Notes under the pieces: generated by a model
Databases searched by the model: none
Seen by the model: the letters and a program-made list of their open reading frames with translations, nothing else
Told to the model about the DNA's origin: nothing
In this document: positions 26,528 through 39,710 of the stretch, piece by piece
Layout: each line of letters opens with the position of its first letter
How positions within the stretch are numbered: the stretch's first letter is position 1
Assembly: GCA_035084275.1 (NCBI GenBank)
Contig: CM068742.1
Coordinates: 55,986,001 to 56,050,000 of the forward strand
Length of the DNA stretch: 64,000 nucleotides
Direction: 5' to 3'
Origin: Hydrolagus colliei
Lineage: Eukaryota
Translations under genes and position numbers: made by a program

Positions 26528-26976
26528 AGTAATAATTGTTCACATAAACAATGCAGCAACTGAAAACTAAACACAAACACTAACCAATATGGTCACTGCC
26601 ATAAAATAATATACTGAATATCATGTTCCCATTTGCTGCAAATGTTAGAATCGAGTCATTAATTTGTGATGTTGTTGGTAGTGCAGTTCTTGAGCCAGGC
26701 CGGCGCTCGGTACTCCCAGGTTCCAAACAGACTGGTAAATCGGAAAGATGAAATTGAAGGCAGAAAAGTGTGAGGTTATACATTTTGGGAGGAGGAGTTG
26801 GGAGAGCAACTATACGCTAGATGGTAAAATGTAAGAAAGGATAAAAAAAAATCAAACAGACCCAGTGTTTAACAAACAAGAATCAAATTCAAGGTGAGAA
26901 GTAAATGGGCAAAGCTACGAAGAAAGCTAATGGAATCCGAGAGTACAATCCTACAGTACTGTATTAAAACAAAGTA

Positions 26977-27720
26977 CAGTAGAAGCCCATTTATCCGTGA
27001 CTCGTTGCACCAGCACTTCCATATAACCTGCGCTCCCCCCAAAAAGTCCCCATTCGATAAACCGGAACTTATCCGGAACAATAGCAGTGGAGCATTTGTA
27101 AATGCATAAATAATAGCAAAGTGATGGAATATTGTATTGGTGCTTGTTGTTGGAGCTACTATTTGCACTTTTTAACCTTTGCTGGTAGATGCTGCGCTTG
27201 AAGCCATGATGCTGCGGTTGAGGTTTGTAGTCCAGCGATTCTTTTTGGAATGGGGCACGCCAAGCGGGTAAAAGAAACGGAACACGTATGACTTTAAACT
27301 CATACTAGCGGCAAGTCGATAACGCTAGCCGATAACCCACATTGTCGCGCAGGTGCAGTATTTCGGTTTGCCGCTAGTAGAGTCTAGGGCTTCGGTTTGC
27401 AGCTAGTAAAGTCGCGTGACTTTAAGATCTCGCTGCCGTTTTTTTCACCTGCTTGGCGTCCTCCATTTGGGGAAGGGTCACTGGACTGTAAACCTCAATC
27501 AGTGGAGGTGGGAAGCGCAGGGTAGTAGTTTTGACGGTGGGTGCCAATATAATATTCTGTTATTATCTGTTATTACTTAGTCCGGTGTGTATTGTGTGTG
27601 TTAAAATAACTTAAATTTTTTTGTAGTGGATGTTCGGCCTCGGGCCGCCCGAATATCCGGCAGGCGCTTTAACCGGCATTGGCCAGGTCCTGCGGGTGCC
27701 AGATAAATGGGCTTCTACTG
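26977..27720. mobile_element. Non-autonomous Tigger/pogo-like DNA transposon
   Basis: Perfect 19-bp TIRs CAGTAGAAGCCCATTTATC, TA flanks (26975-26976, 27721-27722); CpG-rich interior with an internal inverted repeat. Confidence 0.85.
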
Positions 27721-28152
27721 TATCTCCTCCAAGTACAGCACATAGGAAAGGTTAGTTACATTTTGATGAACATTCCTTTAAGAGGAGATTAATTAGATGT
27801 GTGAGGAATTATAACAACAAATCGCGTTCATATCATGCCCTTCAAGTAGGTTAGCGTCTCAGAATGTTTCACGGACATAATCAGGCTCCAAGGGACAGGT
27901 GCCCCAGGCAAGGGCAAAGGGCTAGGTTTTAAAGTGGGATTTAAAGAAAGATAAAAAAGGGGTGAGACAGCGAGGGGAAGAGGATTAACAGCATACAATA
28001 CTGTACTTAGCATTCGCTAAGGATATTACCAACTTATACAACAAAAAATACTTTTTAAAAAGATTTGAACTATCCAAGTAGAGAATGAAATTGAGACCGA
28101 AATGAGACAACACAGATCTGCATTGGCTGCAGCACTAATCTGCCATTCATAC

Positions 28153-28266
28153 CTTTTCTATGAGCAGGCGAATCAAGGACTCGTGTGTGCGACGTGCCTG
28201 TGAACCCTGCTGAACATATGAAGAGGAGACAATGTGCTCACTCAAGGAAAAGTTTTCACTGTTCAT
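28153..28266 (-). CDS. SEPSECS: SEPSECS coding exon 1 (O-phosphoseryl-tRNA(Sec) selenium transferase)
   Basis: Translates [38 protein letters not shown] (114 nt), resembling the vertebrate SepSecS N-terminus; donor AAG|gtatga. Confidence 0.93.
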
Positions 28267-28883
28267 TCTTGCTGCTGTGGAGACAAAAATTACCAGAGAC
28301 GCATGAATTTTTTTTTAAAAATCAACTTTTGCTGCTCCGAGTTTGATTCAGATTCATATTGCCTACAAATATATGGTCACTACACTTTGCAGTGAATCCT
28401 GAAGAGCACCATGAGATGACATTGAATGATGCGATAAGGTATCATGTGCAAGGATTAGTATTACTTCATCAGTTTCACAACTGATCATACAGACTTGTCA
28501 TACATAATTTTCCAACAACAACTTGCACTTATATAGGAGCAAAGCAAATTTATACTCATAGCACTTTTTACTTTGGGAGGATATTCCAAAGAATTTAATA
28601 ATATTGGATGAGCATCCGAGTTGACCGGGGGCTTTAAGAGGATGGGGGGGGATGTGGGTGAGAGGATGGGGAAGGGGAAAGATAACGGAAAGCATGGCAA
28701 AGAGGTAAGACTAGAGCTGGACATTGAACAAGGCAAGGTAGAGACTCTGGGGTGGGAACGGGGGCAGGAAGGTGAACCCCACAGACCAGTGCTCCCTGAG
28801 GAAGAGACCGCTTTTCAGTGGACTGTTGACACTTGTTTCAGAAATAAATTGCAATTGTACAACACCTTATTATCTTAATTCAT

Positions 28884-29190
28884 TACAACAACAAAATTAC
28901 ATTTATAGAGCACCTTTCACGTTGGGAGGACGTCCCAAGGCGCTGAACAGTCAGGGTGGGGGAGAGGGGAGAGAGAGAGAGTTGGGTGGGCGGCAGAAGG
29001 CACGATCGAAGAGGAGGGTCTTGTTAACAGCCTTGAAGGAGGCAAGGGAAGAAACGAGGCGAAGGGACTGTGGGATGGAGTTCCAGAGTGTGGGGACAGA
29101 GAGGCTGAAAGCCCAGCCACCGATTGGTATGGCAGATCGGGCGGTAGACATGGGAGCAGACTGAAGCCCGCTGAACGGAGGGGGCTGGCA
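28884..29190 (-). mobile_element. L2 LINE 3' end
   Basis: Minus frame GGWAFSLSVPTLWNSIPQSLRLVSSLASFK; tail ccttgggacgtcctcccaacgtgaaaggtgctctataaatgtaattttgttgttg. Confidence 0.85.
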
Positions 29191-29284
29191 AAGAGTTTAA
29201 CAAGTATGTTTAGCTCATTTGGCAGTAGTCCCACCACTTGATAAAGGAGGTATTGGATCAAGAGACTATAAGTTAGTAGTGATG

Positions 29285-29610
29285 GTTCAGTGCAGTGTTA
29301 TGGAAGTGCTGCATTGTCAGATGCTAGAGCCACCATTCAAATGAGACATTAAACTGAGGTCCTGTTTGCCTGTTTCAAAGGTCAATAATGTTCCCATGGC
29401 ACGATTCGAAAAGAGAAGGGAGTTTCCCCAAAGTCAAGGCAACAATCTTCCAGATACAATCGGTCATCGAATTCATGGCTGTTTGTGGGAGTTTGCTGTG
29501 TCAAATTGGCTGCCGCGTTTGCCTACAAAATCACTGCACTTTACACAAAACTGTGTAGAGCGTTTTGAAACATTTCATTGTCATGAGGCACTATATTGAA
29601 TCCAAGGACA
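29285..29610 (+). mobile_element. Deu-domain SINE (SacSINE1/AmnSINE-like core)
   Basis: gtgctgcattgtcaga...atgagacattaaactgaggtcctg...cccatggcacgattcgaa...ggctgtttgtgggagtttgctgtg...aattggctgccgcgtttgcctac. Confidence 0.75.
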
Positions 29611-30718
29611 TATTTATTTTAATCTCGGTCAAGTGTAGTAACTGTACTTTGTGGGTAAATATAGCGGCGTTTCAGGTCAACAAGCCTTACAAGTAGCCAG
29701 AAAGAGAAGATTATTGGTCAGTTAATCTAGAGGACTGTTAGCCAAGACAACTGTAGAAATTCCCTCCTCCTTTGGGAAATTATACTTTGATATCTTTAAA
29801 TTCTGCCAGAAAACAGTAGAAATAAAGAAAGATTGGCAACGGGTGAATTATGGACATGTACTGTACAGAAACACATGCATCAGACAGCCCATCATTTATT
29901 AATCTGTTTATATCATAAGAGGGAAAAATTTTGAGACACATCAACAACAACAATCAATAGAATAAAGAATGAAGGAAATGCTGCAAGAACAAAGAAGGTG
30001 CAAGTAAGGGAATGTTCACTTAACAAAGTGAAACTTTTGTGTATCCTGTCTGGGAAAGCAAGAGACGTCTCCACAGATAAGCTTCCTTAGACAAGGGAGC
30101 AATATTCAAAGCTTGAACAACAATAGGCTTTATGGAGAATAGTTATTCAGAATATGTTTGGCACAGAGATGAAACTGAGTGTCTTGAGAGTGTTTTAGCA
30201 ACAGAGGTGATGGAAGCATTCCTTCTAAGGTCAAAGGAGATAGATGATGAAAGATTAAGAAGGGAGCATCAAAGATACGAGTCACATTATCCATTGGTTC
30301 TTGTGAGAGAAATGAAGAAATAATCTAAGACGAATTGAAATGAACAAGATTATAGTTGCCAGTCAAAGGACTTGAACAAGATCAAGGTTTAGGTTTAGCC
30401 TTTGCACCAAGAGAGGAATAAAGGTCGTACACCCTCAGGCTATGCGATCTGAAGAAACTTGAAGAAAGTAAAATGAAACCATCAGCAAAAGATAGAATGG
30501 GTAACGCAAAATGGCTGGTGAGAGCAAAGAATGGATACTAACACTGAAGTGCCATCACAATTCTATAAAGTTATTGTAAATTCCATTTTTGAAGATGTCG
30601 GTCTTCATGTTTTACTGTTAGGCAAGCATCAAACTAGGCATTACAGGTTCCACAAGTCCTGCTGATCACCAAAATCAAACTGGTACGGCATTTTTAAATT
30701 TTATTTATTTATTTTTAC

Positions 30719-31104
30719 TAGTGTCCGGCGATATATTGATATATCGGTTATATCTGTATAATTTTTCATATCGATATGCCGATATTGGAAATTCAAATAT
30801 ATTGATATATCGAAAAATTCGGTATAAAAAAAATCGATATATCGCGAATATCGGTATATCGTGTCTGCCGATATATCGATATATCGGTTATATCGGTACA
30901 ATGCAAACTTTTTCAACTTGCCTTGTCGCCGGCATTGCAAACCTCCTGGGCCTAGAGCACGGAATGCGCGCAGATATCGGAATGCGCATGCACATCCAAA
31001 TGCGCACGCATGCGCAGTACAAAAAACCCTCGATATATCGGTATATATTGGTATGAGCCAACCGATATATCGATATCGGAAAATTTCCATATCGACGGAC
31101 CCTA
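30719..31104. mobile_element. Non-autonomous hAT element with CGATAT subterminal repeats
   Basis: TIR TAGTGTCCGGCGATAT vs ATATCGACGGACCCTA (14/16); 8-bp TSD atttttac/acttttac (7/8). Confidence 0.85.
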
Positions 31105-32486
31105 ACTTTTACACAGACTCTTATCTGACCTTTGCCTAAATATTCCTTGACGCAAACATTCATTGTTTAGGAAGGACTACTTTTTTGGTTTTGTCCCAAT
31201 TCCAAACTTGGGGGCATCCACCACCATGTCCCACCAGTGTTCATGGTGGCGGGTGCAGCGCAAAAGGTCCCCAAGTGAGTCCACAAACTGCATAATACTG
31301 GAATATCTTAACCTCAGATGTTTGAGGATGTACATTACTAAGGTTGCTTAAGACCAATATAGTTTCTATAATTCTATGTGGTTATGAGTGGAAAATTGTG
31401 ACTTCGGACAAATGGATTTATCGGAGAAAGAAACAGCAGACACAAATACTATCGTTGAATGGTCATTTCCTGTAGGTAGATTTCTATTGGAGTAAAGGGT
31501 TATCTGCTGGAGTTAGCTGAATGGAAATACGATATCTGGCCAGCCGTGGACCCACACGTAGATCGGGCTATAACATCATATAATGTGCATTCACTGAGCA
31601 TGCGCCCACCCCATGCATACGCCCATTGCCTCCAGCACCTGGTCATGATTCAGACACACACCACTCCAGCACATGATATACACACACACACACACACTCC
31701 AGCATCAAATCATGACACACCTATACCTATATACCTATAACTGATCATCCTCCTTCCCTCCCACAAAGTACAGACCAGCCTAAGGACAGCACTGATGCCA
31801 TTGCCTGTATTGGGAAATATTTAGCATTTTACTGAGAGCTTCCCACCACCAGCCACCAGCCCTCCAAGCACTGAACCTGAAACAAACCTCACCTTGCAGA
31901 TGGAGAGCAAGAGGCTGCAGGGGGAGGGTAAAGGATAAGAAATCCTTTGAGAGTTTACTTAGTTTAGTTTCTTTTACACAAAAATGAAGCGGTTCCCAGT
32001 GAAGTATTTGATTTGCAATGCTCTACCAGTCACTGACTTTCCACTTCCACTGCAGCTCTGCACTTTAACCTCTCCCCAAAGCATACACACTCTCAGTGCA
32101 TCAGCCCTCCCTCCTGCTGCATGCCTTACCTCTGTAATAAACACAGCTCTTCACACAGATTTTTGATGGGGGGTGGGGTTAAGATATATTAGCAGCAACA
32201 TGGATTCATTGATTTTCTGTGAAAATCACTAATGTCTATTTGAAAATCGCAAGTCTATCGATTTTCTATTGATTTTCCGTGGAAATTAATAGACTGGATA
32301 AAAGGCTGCTGATATCCAAGCATGGCACATTTCAACTAAAATGCAAACACCGTAATTTCACAAAATGCATTTAGGAAGGAACTGGTATTCATGTTTACGA
32401 CATAAGATTTTCTGTTGATTTATTTTAAATAGTTTGGTGGTTATGATGAATGGTAGTTATTATAATCTGCTTTTACTTTAGTGTGC

Positions 32487-32799
32487 AATAATAATAATCC
32501 TTGCATTTGATATAGCGCTTTTCATGTCTTCTAGACGTCTCAAAGCGCTTCACAGAATATACTAGAAAGTGAATTGACTGTATATTTGTGGGCGAAATGT
32601 GGCAGCCAATTGCATACATCAGTGTCCCACAAAGTCGTGGATTGAAATGACAATTTATTATTGTTGATTTTTTCTTGAGGGATTATTATCAAGGATGTGG
32701 AGTAAGGAGACTTGCCCAATGTTTCGCCCTGCCTAGAATCCAACCCAGGTCTCTTGCTTGCAAGGCGAGTGCTCTAACCACTGAGCTGCAGGACTCCAC
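32487..32799 (-). mobile_element. tRNA-derived SINE, near full length
   Basis: Reverse complement ggagtcctgcagctcagtggttagagcactcgccttgcaag...gaaaagcgctatatcaaatgcaaggattattatt. Confidence 0.88.
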
Positions 32800-33289
32800 T
32801 ATAATATTGGATATGAATATGCATTAGGGAATAAGGTGGACACTAACCACATCCCTCGAAAAAAGAACGGTGAAGGAGGTTTCTGTTGTAACTTGGGAGT
32901 GAGACAAGTTGAGCTGTGATTTTGTGCAGTGATGTTTTTCTAATGATTTTAGAATTGTTTGGATAAAGAAAAATATTTTGACACTTTTAGAAATCTTGGC
33001 CATGAAGCTTTCGTCTAGGAAGACGCCTAGAATAAGTGACCAATTAAATTATTAAGAATGAATTCTCTTGGGCGGGTTCTAAGACAATCTGGTAGGAAGA
33101 GCTTTCACACACTCCAATAGACTACAAACCATTGGTTTGGTTCTTGAGTGAGTATTCCATTTCAGACACAGGAAACTTTCAACATGTAGATGGTATATGT
33201 ATAAAGTGGGTCTGTCAGTCTGGATACTCTTAAACAAGGCGATCGTGGCCGACTGCATAAAATGCTGTTATCTACAAGCATAGCAGACA

Positions 33290-33828
33290 AATCTTTCTAC
33301 CATCCATGCCATGACCCCCCCTCTGCCTTCCACCACCATCGCAACATCACCCGACTTTGCTACCACAGGCTGCCGAAACCTTCATACACGGACTCATAAT
33401 ATTCAGGATTGACCATGAAAACTCCTTGCTTGTTGGCATTCCCAACTCCTCTACATAGGCTGCAGATCATCCAGTACTATGCAGCCAGTGTCCTCTCACA
33501 CACCAGGCTCTGCGACCCTATCCTCGCCTGACTCCACTGGCTTTCCATCCAAAAAAAAACCTAAAAAAAAAATCCCTCAAAAAACCCTGGGCAAGTTTCT
33601 TTACTCCACACACCTAATAATAATCCGTCCAAAACAAACCACTATAATAAAAATTGGTCATTTCAATCCACGACTCTTTGTGGGTCACTGCTGTAAGCAA
33701 TTGGCTACCACGTTTCGCCCACAAATATTACAGTCGATTCACTTTACAGTACATGCCGTGGAGCACTTTGAGACGTCGATAAGATATGAAAAGCGTTCTT
33801 TCAAATCCAAGGATAATTATTATCATTA
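33290..33828 (+). mobile_element. L2 fragment followed by a 5'-truncated SINE
   Basis: L2-like ccttccaccaccatcgcaacatc...gctgcagatcatccag; SINE core and tail from about 33585. Confidence 0.65.
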
Positions 33829-34831
33829 TGTCCCTAAAAAAAATGAATAGCACAGAATAAGCTCTTCTAAATAGGAACCTGAGAACAACTTTCCAGTCTA
33901 TGCACCCAAACAAAAATTGGAATATTACAAAATGTGACCATTCAAAGGAAGACCGAAGAATTAAAGTAGAACAATCCTGTATAATTCAACTAACATATTT
34001 CAATAAGGTAATCACATCTCACTCAAAACCACAGTACAGTACGTAAACATCATAGTCAAAACAACAAATACAACATACTCAGACAGGTTGATAGTCCAGG
34101 TGGGAATTCTGTATTAAAACAAAAGGCAACGCTGATCGTTCCTCATTCCTTATGTGTATGTATATATATTGTATATGTGTATATAATATATATTGTTTCT
34201 CTTCAAATGTTGATAATGGTATCAGCCCCAATAATCACTTGTAACAAAACACTCTATTTCAAGCAAATATTCGTTCTGGTCTAGTAAGAAGAAATTAGTT
34301 ACACACTATTGTAAGGAGATGGGATTTTATTTCATGTAAAAGCATGGTAATTACAGCACAGGAGGAGGCCATTTCTCAAATAAATAAATTCTGATACTTA
34401 TGAACCTACTCTGCATCCTTCCCATGGTTTTAATGTTTTTTCAGTAATGAAGTGCCCAGAACTGCACAGGTACTCCATCTGTGGCCTACCCAATGTCTTG
34501 CATTAATTTATGCCTTTATATTCATTAACCCTATAAATAAAACCTAGAATTCCTTTTACCCGCGGACGTGTTCCCATCTTTAAAGCAGGCTCCTGCCTGC
34601 TCCACATCCCCCAATCAGTCCTCCCCTACCAACAGCAGTTGGTACGCCCATAATTTACTTAATCAACAAACATATTTTCTATTTGCCTTTCAATATACAG
34701 ATGAAAATTAATAGATGTTACAGCACAGATCCTTCAAATTTACTGCGGATCACAACATCCCACAACCAGTTAATATCCATTCCCTTAATTTACCAAAGTG
34801 CCTTTCATCTTATATGGTATCTCGTCAAAGG

Positions 34832-35148
34832 CATTCTGTAGCTCAGTGGTCAGAGCACTCACCTTATAAGCATGAGACCGCTGTTCGAATCCTGATAGGT
34901 CAGGGCGAAACCTTGGGCAAGTTTCCTTACTCCACACACCTAATAATCCGTCCAAAACAAACCACAAGAATAAAAATTGGTCATTTCAATTCACGACTGT
35001 TTGTGGGACACTGCTGTGCGCAATTGGCTGCCGCGTTTCGCCCACAAATATACAGTCAATTCACTTTACAGTATATTCTGTGAAGCGCTTTGAGACTTCT
35101 AGAAGACATGAAAAGCGCTATATCAAATGCAAGGATTATTATTACTAT
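34832..35148 (+). mobile_element. tRNA-derived SINE, near full length
   Basis: tctgtagctcagtggtcagagcactcacc...ggcgaaaccttgggcaagtttccttactcc...gaaaagcgctatatcaaatgcaagg. Confidence 0.88.
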
Positions 35149-35976
35149 TCCAAAAATCCACGTATATACTGCATTCCCTTTATCTTAGATTTCCAGCTCA
35201 TCTTTTTCTCTTTCTGTCCACCTACAGCAACCTCGCATTTTAAAAAAAAACCCTTACATTTGACAAAGCACCTTTCACATCAAAAGTGGCTGTGAATTTT
35301 TCGGTGAAACGTGGCAGCAAATTGGCACACAGGTCTAATAATGATAATACTCTAGACGTCTCAAAGCGCTTCACGGAATATACTGTAGTGAATTGACTGT
35401 ACAGTACTGTACTGACATGAAGTGTCAGGTTTATGGATTGATGGCTCGGACACTGGTGTAAACTCCCTTCTAGTTTTCCTCAGATAATATAGTCAAATTA
35501 GTCAAGTACTGTATCACTTGTCTTTTACAAATCCATGCTGACTCTCCTGGATTAATCATTTTCTTTATTAGAATTTAACAATCTAACCCATATACTGTCT
35601 CTAGAAAGTATATCAACAACTGAGGTAAGATCAATTGATCATTTCCCAGTTTATCCTCTTCCTTCCTTTGGAACATTTGTCATGCTCCAGGCCGTTATCT
35701 TGATCCTGATTTCCAAAGGTTCTTGTGAACATTGCAGCTAGTAATAAACTGACCTCATGGGATACCTATTAGTAACTGTATCATTAGTGGTAACTATATC
35801 ACAATGCCATCATAGAGACAAGTCAGGGGGACCTCCCAGCCAAGAGTTTCTGTGAGGTGCAGTGACCGTGTATTTGTCGGCGAACGAGGCGACCCAATTG
35901 CCCACAGCAATATCACACAAAATAGCCACGTCACACAAAATGACAAATATTATTGGGAGGGAATTATTGTCCGGGA

Positions 35977-36209
35977 CGGTTACCGCTCGATGGTCCGAAG
36001 GTTTGTTAGTCCGAAGCTTCCCCTAACCCTAACCCAAACCCTAACCTTTGGATTAATGAACCTTCGGACTATCGCACCAAATGTTCAGATTAACAAACCT
36101 TATTTCATTGTCGGTTTGGCCTATCGAGGAGTAACCACGGTAACCGCCCCGGGTATAGGAAATTTGTGCGTTCGGACTATCGAACCTTCGGACTATCGAG
36201 CGCCCCCTG
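35977..36209. mobile_element. Small inverted-repeat element with internal (CCCTAA)n, probably a MITE
   Basis: 20-bp IR cgctcgatggtccgaaggtt (35984-36003) / aaccttcggactatcgagcg (36183-36202), 1 mismatch; repeated ttcggact motif; ends approximate. Confidence 0.6.
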
Positions 36210-36547
36210 CTCGGGACACGGGGAGAAAACTCCCTTGTCCTTTTTGAGCAGCAACATGGGATCCTTTAACACCCACCACAACACTGATGGTATATCACAG
36301 GTACCTTTATGACATCATAGAATACCAGTAATAGTACCATTATGACATCACAGAGCATCCGGAACAGTTCCATTATGACATATTGCATCGGCACAGAATA
36401 GTTACTATCAACCCCGCAGGACCCCCACTAAGAAACCAACCCATTGCGCATAATTTACCCGCAGGTTCGCAAAGTGGATGATGCGCAGGCGCGGGCTTTG
36501 AGAGAGCGCTGCCGGGTTGGAGGGGCGTGGCCAGAGGCGGGCGGCGG

Positions 36548-37319
<772 letters not shown>

Positions 37320-38289
37320 TGAGTGGGGGCTGGGGCTGGGAGATCACACAGCGAATCATTCTGTATTATAAACAGTAACCAGCCTGGCTCGGTCGGTCAC
37401 TGTCTCTCTCTCTCACCTCTGACTCACTGGGGCTGCGGGTCCCAATGGCCACAGGTCCTCCCCTCCCTCCCTCCCTGGAGGGCGCTGTGTCAAGGCAAGT
37501 TGTTGTTGTGGTGGTGGGGCTGACTCTCCCAATGCAAACCTGGGCGTGGCAACCTCCAGAGAGGTTTAAATGTGGGTCGGGGTCAGCCTGTAACCCCCCA
37601 CCCCCCACACACACACCCCCCAGTAAGGCTGACAATGTTAAACTATTTTTAATTATCACTATTTCTATATTGTTGTCAACAACCCTCCACTTATGCATAA
37701 TTTCAATTGAATAGTTGTGATTGTGTTTTTAGGAGGAAGTGGGGTCAGTTTCACAAAATACCGGTAATGAAAATTCATTGGACATTATGGAAAGAGGTGT
37801 AGAAAGCGAATAAATTATTTTATTTTTTGGAAAGTTATCACGGTGCTTGAAGTGCTCCAACAGGTTCCAATTATAAGAGTGAGACAAACTTGTAAATTAA
37901 ACTACTATTAATTTTCCTCTTTTCCTCAGACCCCAAATTATTTTTTTAAAAATCAACTAATGTTTCAATCCAGATATGGTATTTTGTCTGATGATCAACC
38001 ACACAAAAGTTGCAAAGATCACCAGTTAATCTGTTATTTCCAGCCAGTTCCTAAAGATTGTCTTTAAGCTAAGATTCAATTGGGAACTACTGCAGTGGAA
38101 AGAGTCACTGAACCTGCAAGTTGTGCTGCATAGGGACTCAGGAGAGCGGGCATTATCATAAACCTGAATCTGCAACAGTTAAAGATGAGCTCTTTTCAGA
38201 GTGATTATTGTATTTGGTACACAGTTTTCAAACAATTCCACAGAGCTTCAAGTGTTCTATTTCCAGATCACCTCCATGTTAGGTTTGCT

Positions 38290-38570
38290 CTTTGGTAGTT
38301 TAATTTTAACATTTGGTTATGTTTAATACAGCAGTGTCCCACAAACATTGAATGTTCAAGTTTATTTGGGGGATTGTTGGCCAGGAGAAACTCCCATCTG
38401 TTTTTGAATTGTGCAAATGGGGTCTTTAACGTCCACCTGGACAGGCAGATGAGACTTTGATTTAACTTCTCATCCACCTGGACAGGCAGATGAGACTTTG
38501 ATTTAACGTCTCAACTGAAAGTCAGTAACTGGCAATACAGCACCCCCTCCTCCCCAGCTCCAGTACTGCA
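38290..38570 (-). mobile_element. Deu-domain SINE with a ~41-bp internal tandem duplication
   Basis: tccacctggacaggcagatgagactttgatttaac x2 at 38432-38510, inside a reverse-complement Deu core. Confidence 0.7.
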
Positions 38571-39539
38571 CAAATTCTATGATTATTAATAGAGCAATTG
38601 GGTCGGGTGTTCATTTATCAATTATCATGTAAAAATTGTAAGAACACAAAAAGACACCAAATGCAGGGTTGTCTTGCTGAATCAGTTGAATTCAGATGCC
38701 CACAATGTCCTCAAGCTGTAGATAGCTCCAGTTAGGTCCCACATGAGGTGGGACCTAAGAAGGCAAAAGAGAGTAATGAGACTTTTTAGAGGGAGTTCTG
38801 AGGAATTACTTCCCATCTAACGGTTTCTTCTGCTGCCCCTGCACATGTGAAATTACTCCGGGTTGTATTCTTTCACCTTTTCACCAAGGGTCTATTTGCT
38901 CCCACTAATCATCCGCAGACTTGAGGTTCACTTCCTGACTAGATGACATCCAATTCTATCTTCTTCACTAGAAAATCCAGAACCCTGCAGCCTGGGTCCT
39001 CAACCACACCAGGCTCCACAAGTTGATCACCTCCATCCCTGCTTGACTTCATTAGCTCCCATCTTCCAGTTGTTTGATTTCATGATGTAGGATGAAATGA
39101 TTTCATGACATAGGATGCTTAACAGGATATAAAAAGTATGCTTTCAGATATCCTAAGACATGAGCATAGAAATTCAGGGTTGTGAAAAGCAAGTTTATAA
39201 GAAATTCCTGGGGGCATTTCTTTAATACACACCAAGCGTAATCAACACCTGCAACGTATGTAGGAGTCAGGACATTTAAAATACAGCTTGGTGCTGCATA
39301 GATACGGTATAAGAGTTGGTTACTGAAAGAATGAAATTGAATGTGTCAAAGGGCCTCCTCTAATTGTATCTCATGATATGCATATAATACCCTTTTTCAG
39401 AATTATCAGTTTCAATCTTAAACAATTTTATTTAAAATTAAATTGTTCTAGACTGAAACTGATAATTGTGAAATCGCTATTATTTGTCAATTGGCGGATT
39501 ATTAACGGGGGGTAATAATTTGTACAAAATAATTCATAA

Positions 39540-39710
39540 TAATTGGTCACTCAATCCACGACTGTTTGTGGGACACTGCTGTGCGCAATTGGCTGCTGCG
39601 TTTTGTCCACAAAATATGCAGTGAATTCACTTTAGAGTATATTCTGTGAAGCTCATTGAGATGTCTCAAAGAGATAATGAGGCGCTATATCAAATGCAAC
39701 AATTATTAAT
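39540..39710 (+). mobile_element. SINE 3' half
   Basis: aatccacgactgtttgtgggacactgctgtgcgcaattggctg...gcgctatatcaaatgc. Confidence 0.8.

Noticed and set aside
30701-31163. Four overlapping I/Y/R/D-rich ORFs; superficially array-like repeats
   Set aside because: Subterminal CGATAT repeats of a hAT MITE; no repeat-spacer structure, and the context is eukaryotic, so not CRISPR
32725-32797. tRNA-like cloverleaf (TGC/TAC anticodon-like), here and at 2090, 24563, 34832 and 59747
   Set aside because: Each runs directly into a SINE body, copies are mutually diverged and no Pol III terminator follows, so they are SINE heads
36021-36046. Interstitial telomere or chromosome fusion scar
   Set aside because: Only about 4 units, lying inside an inverted-repeat element
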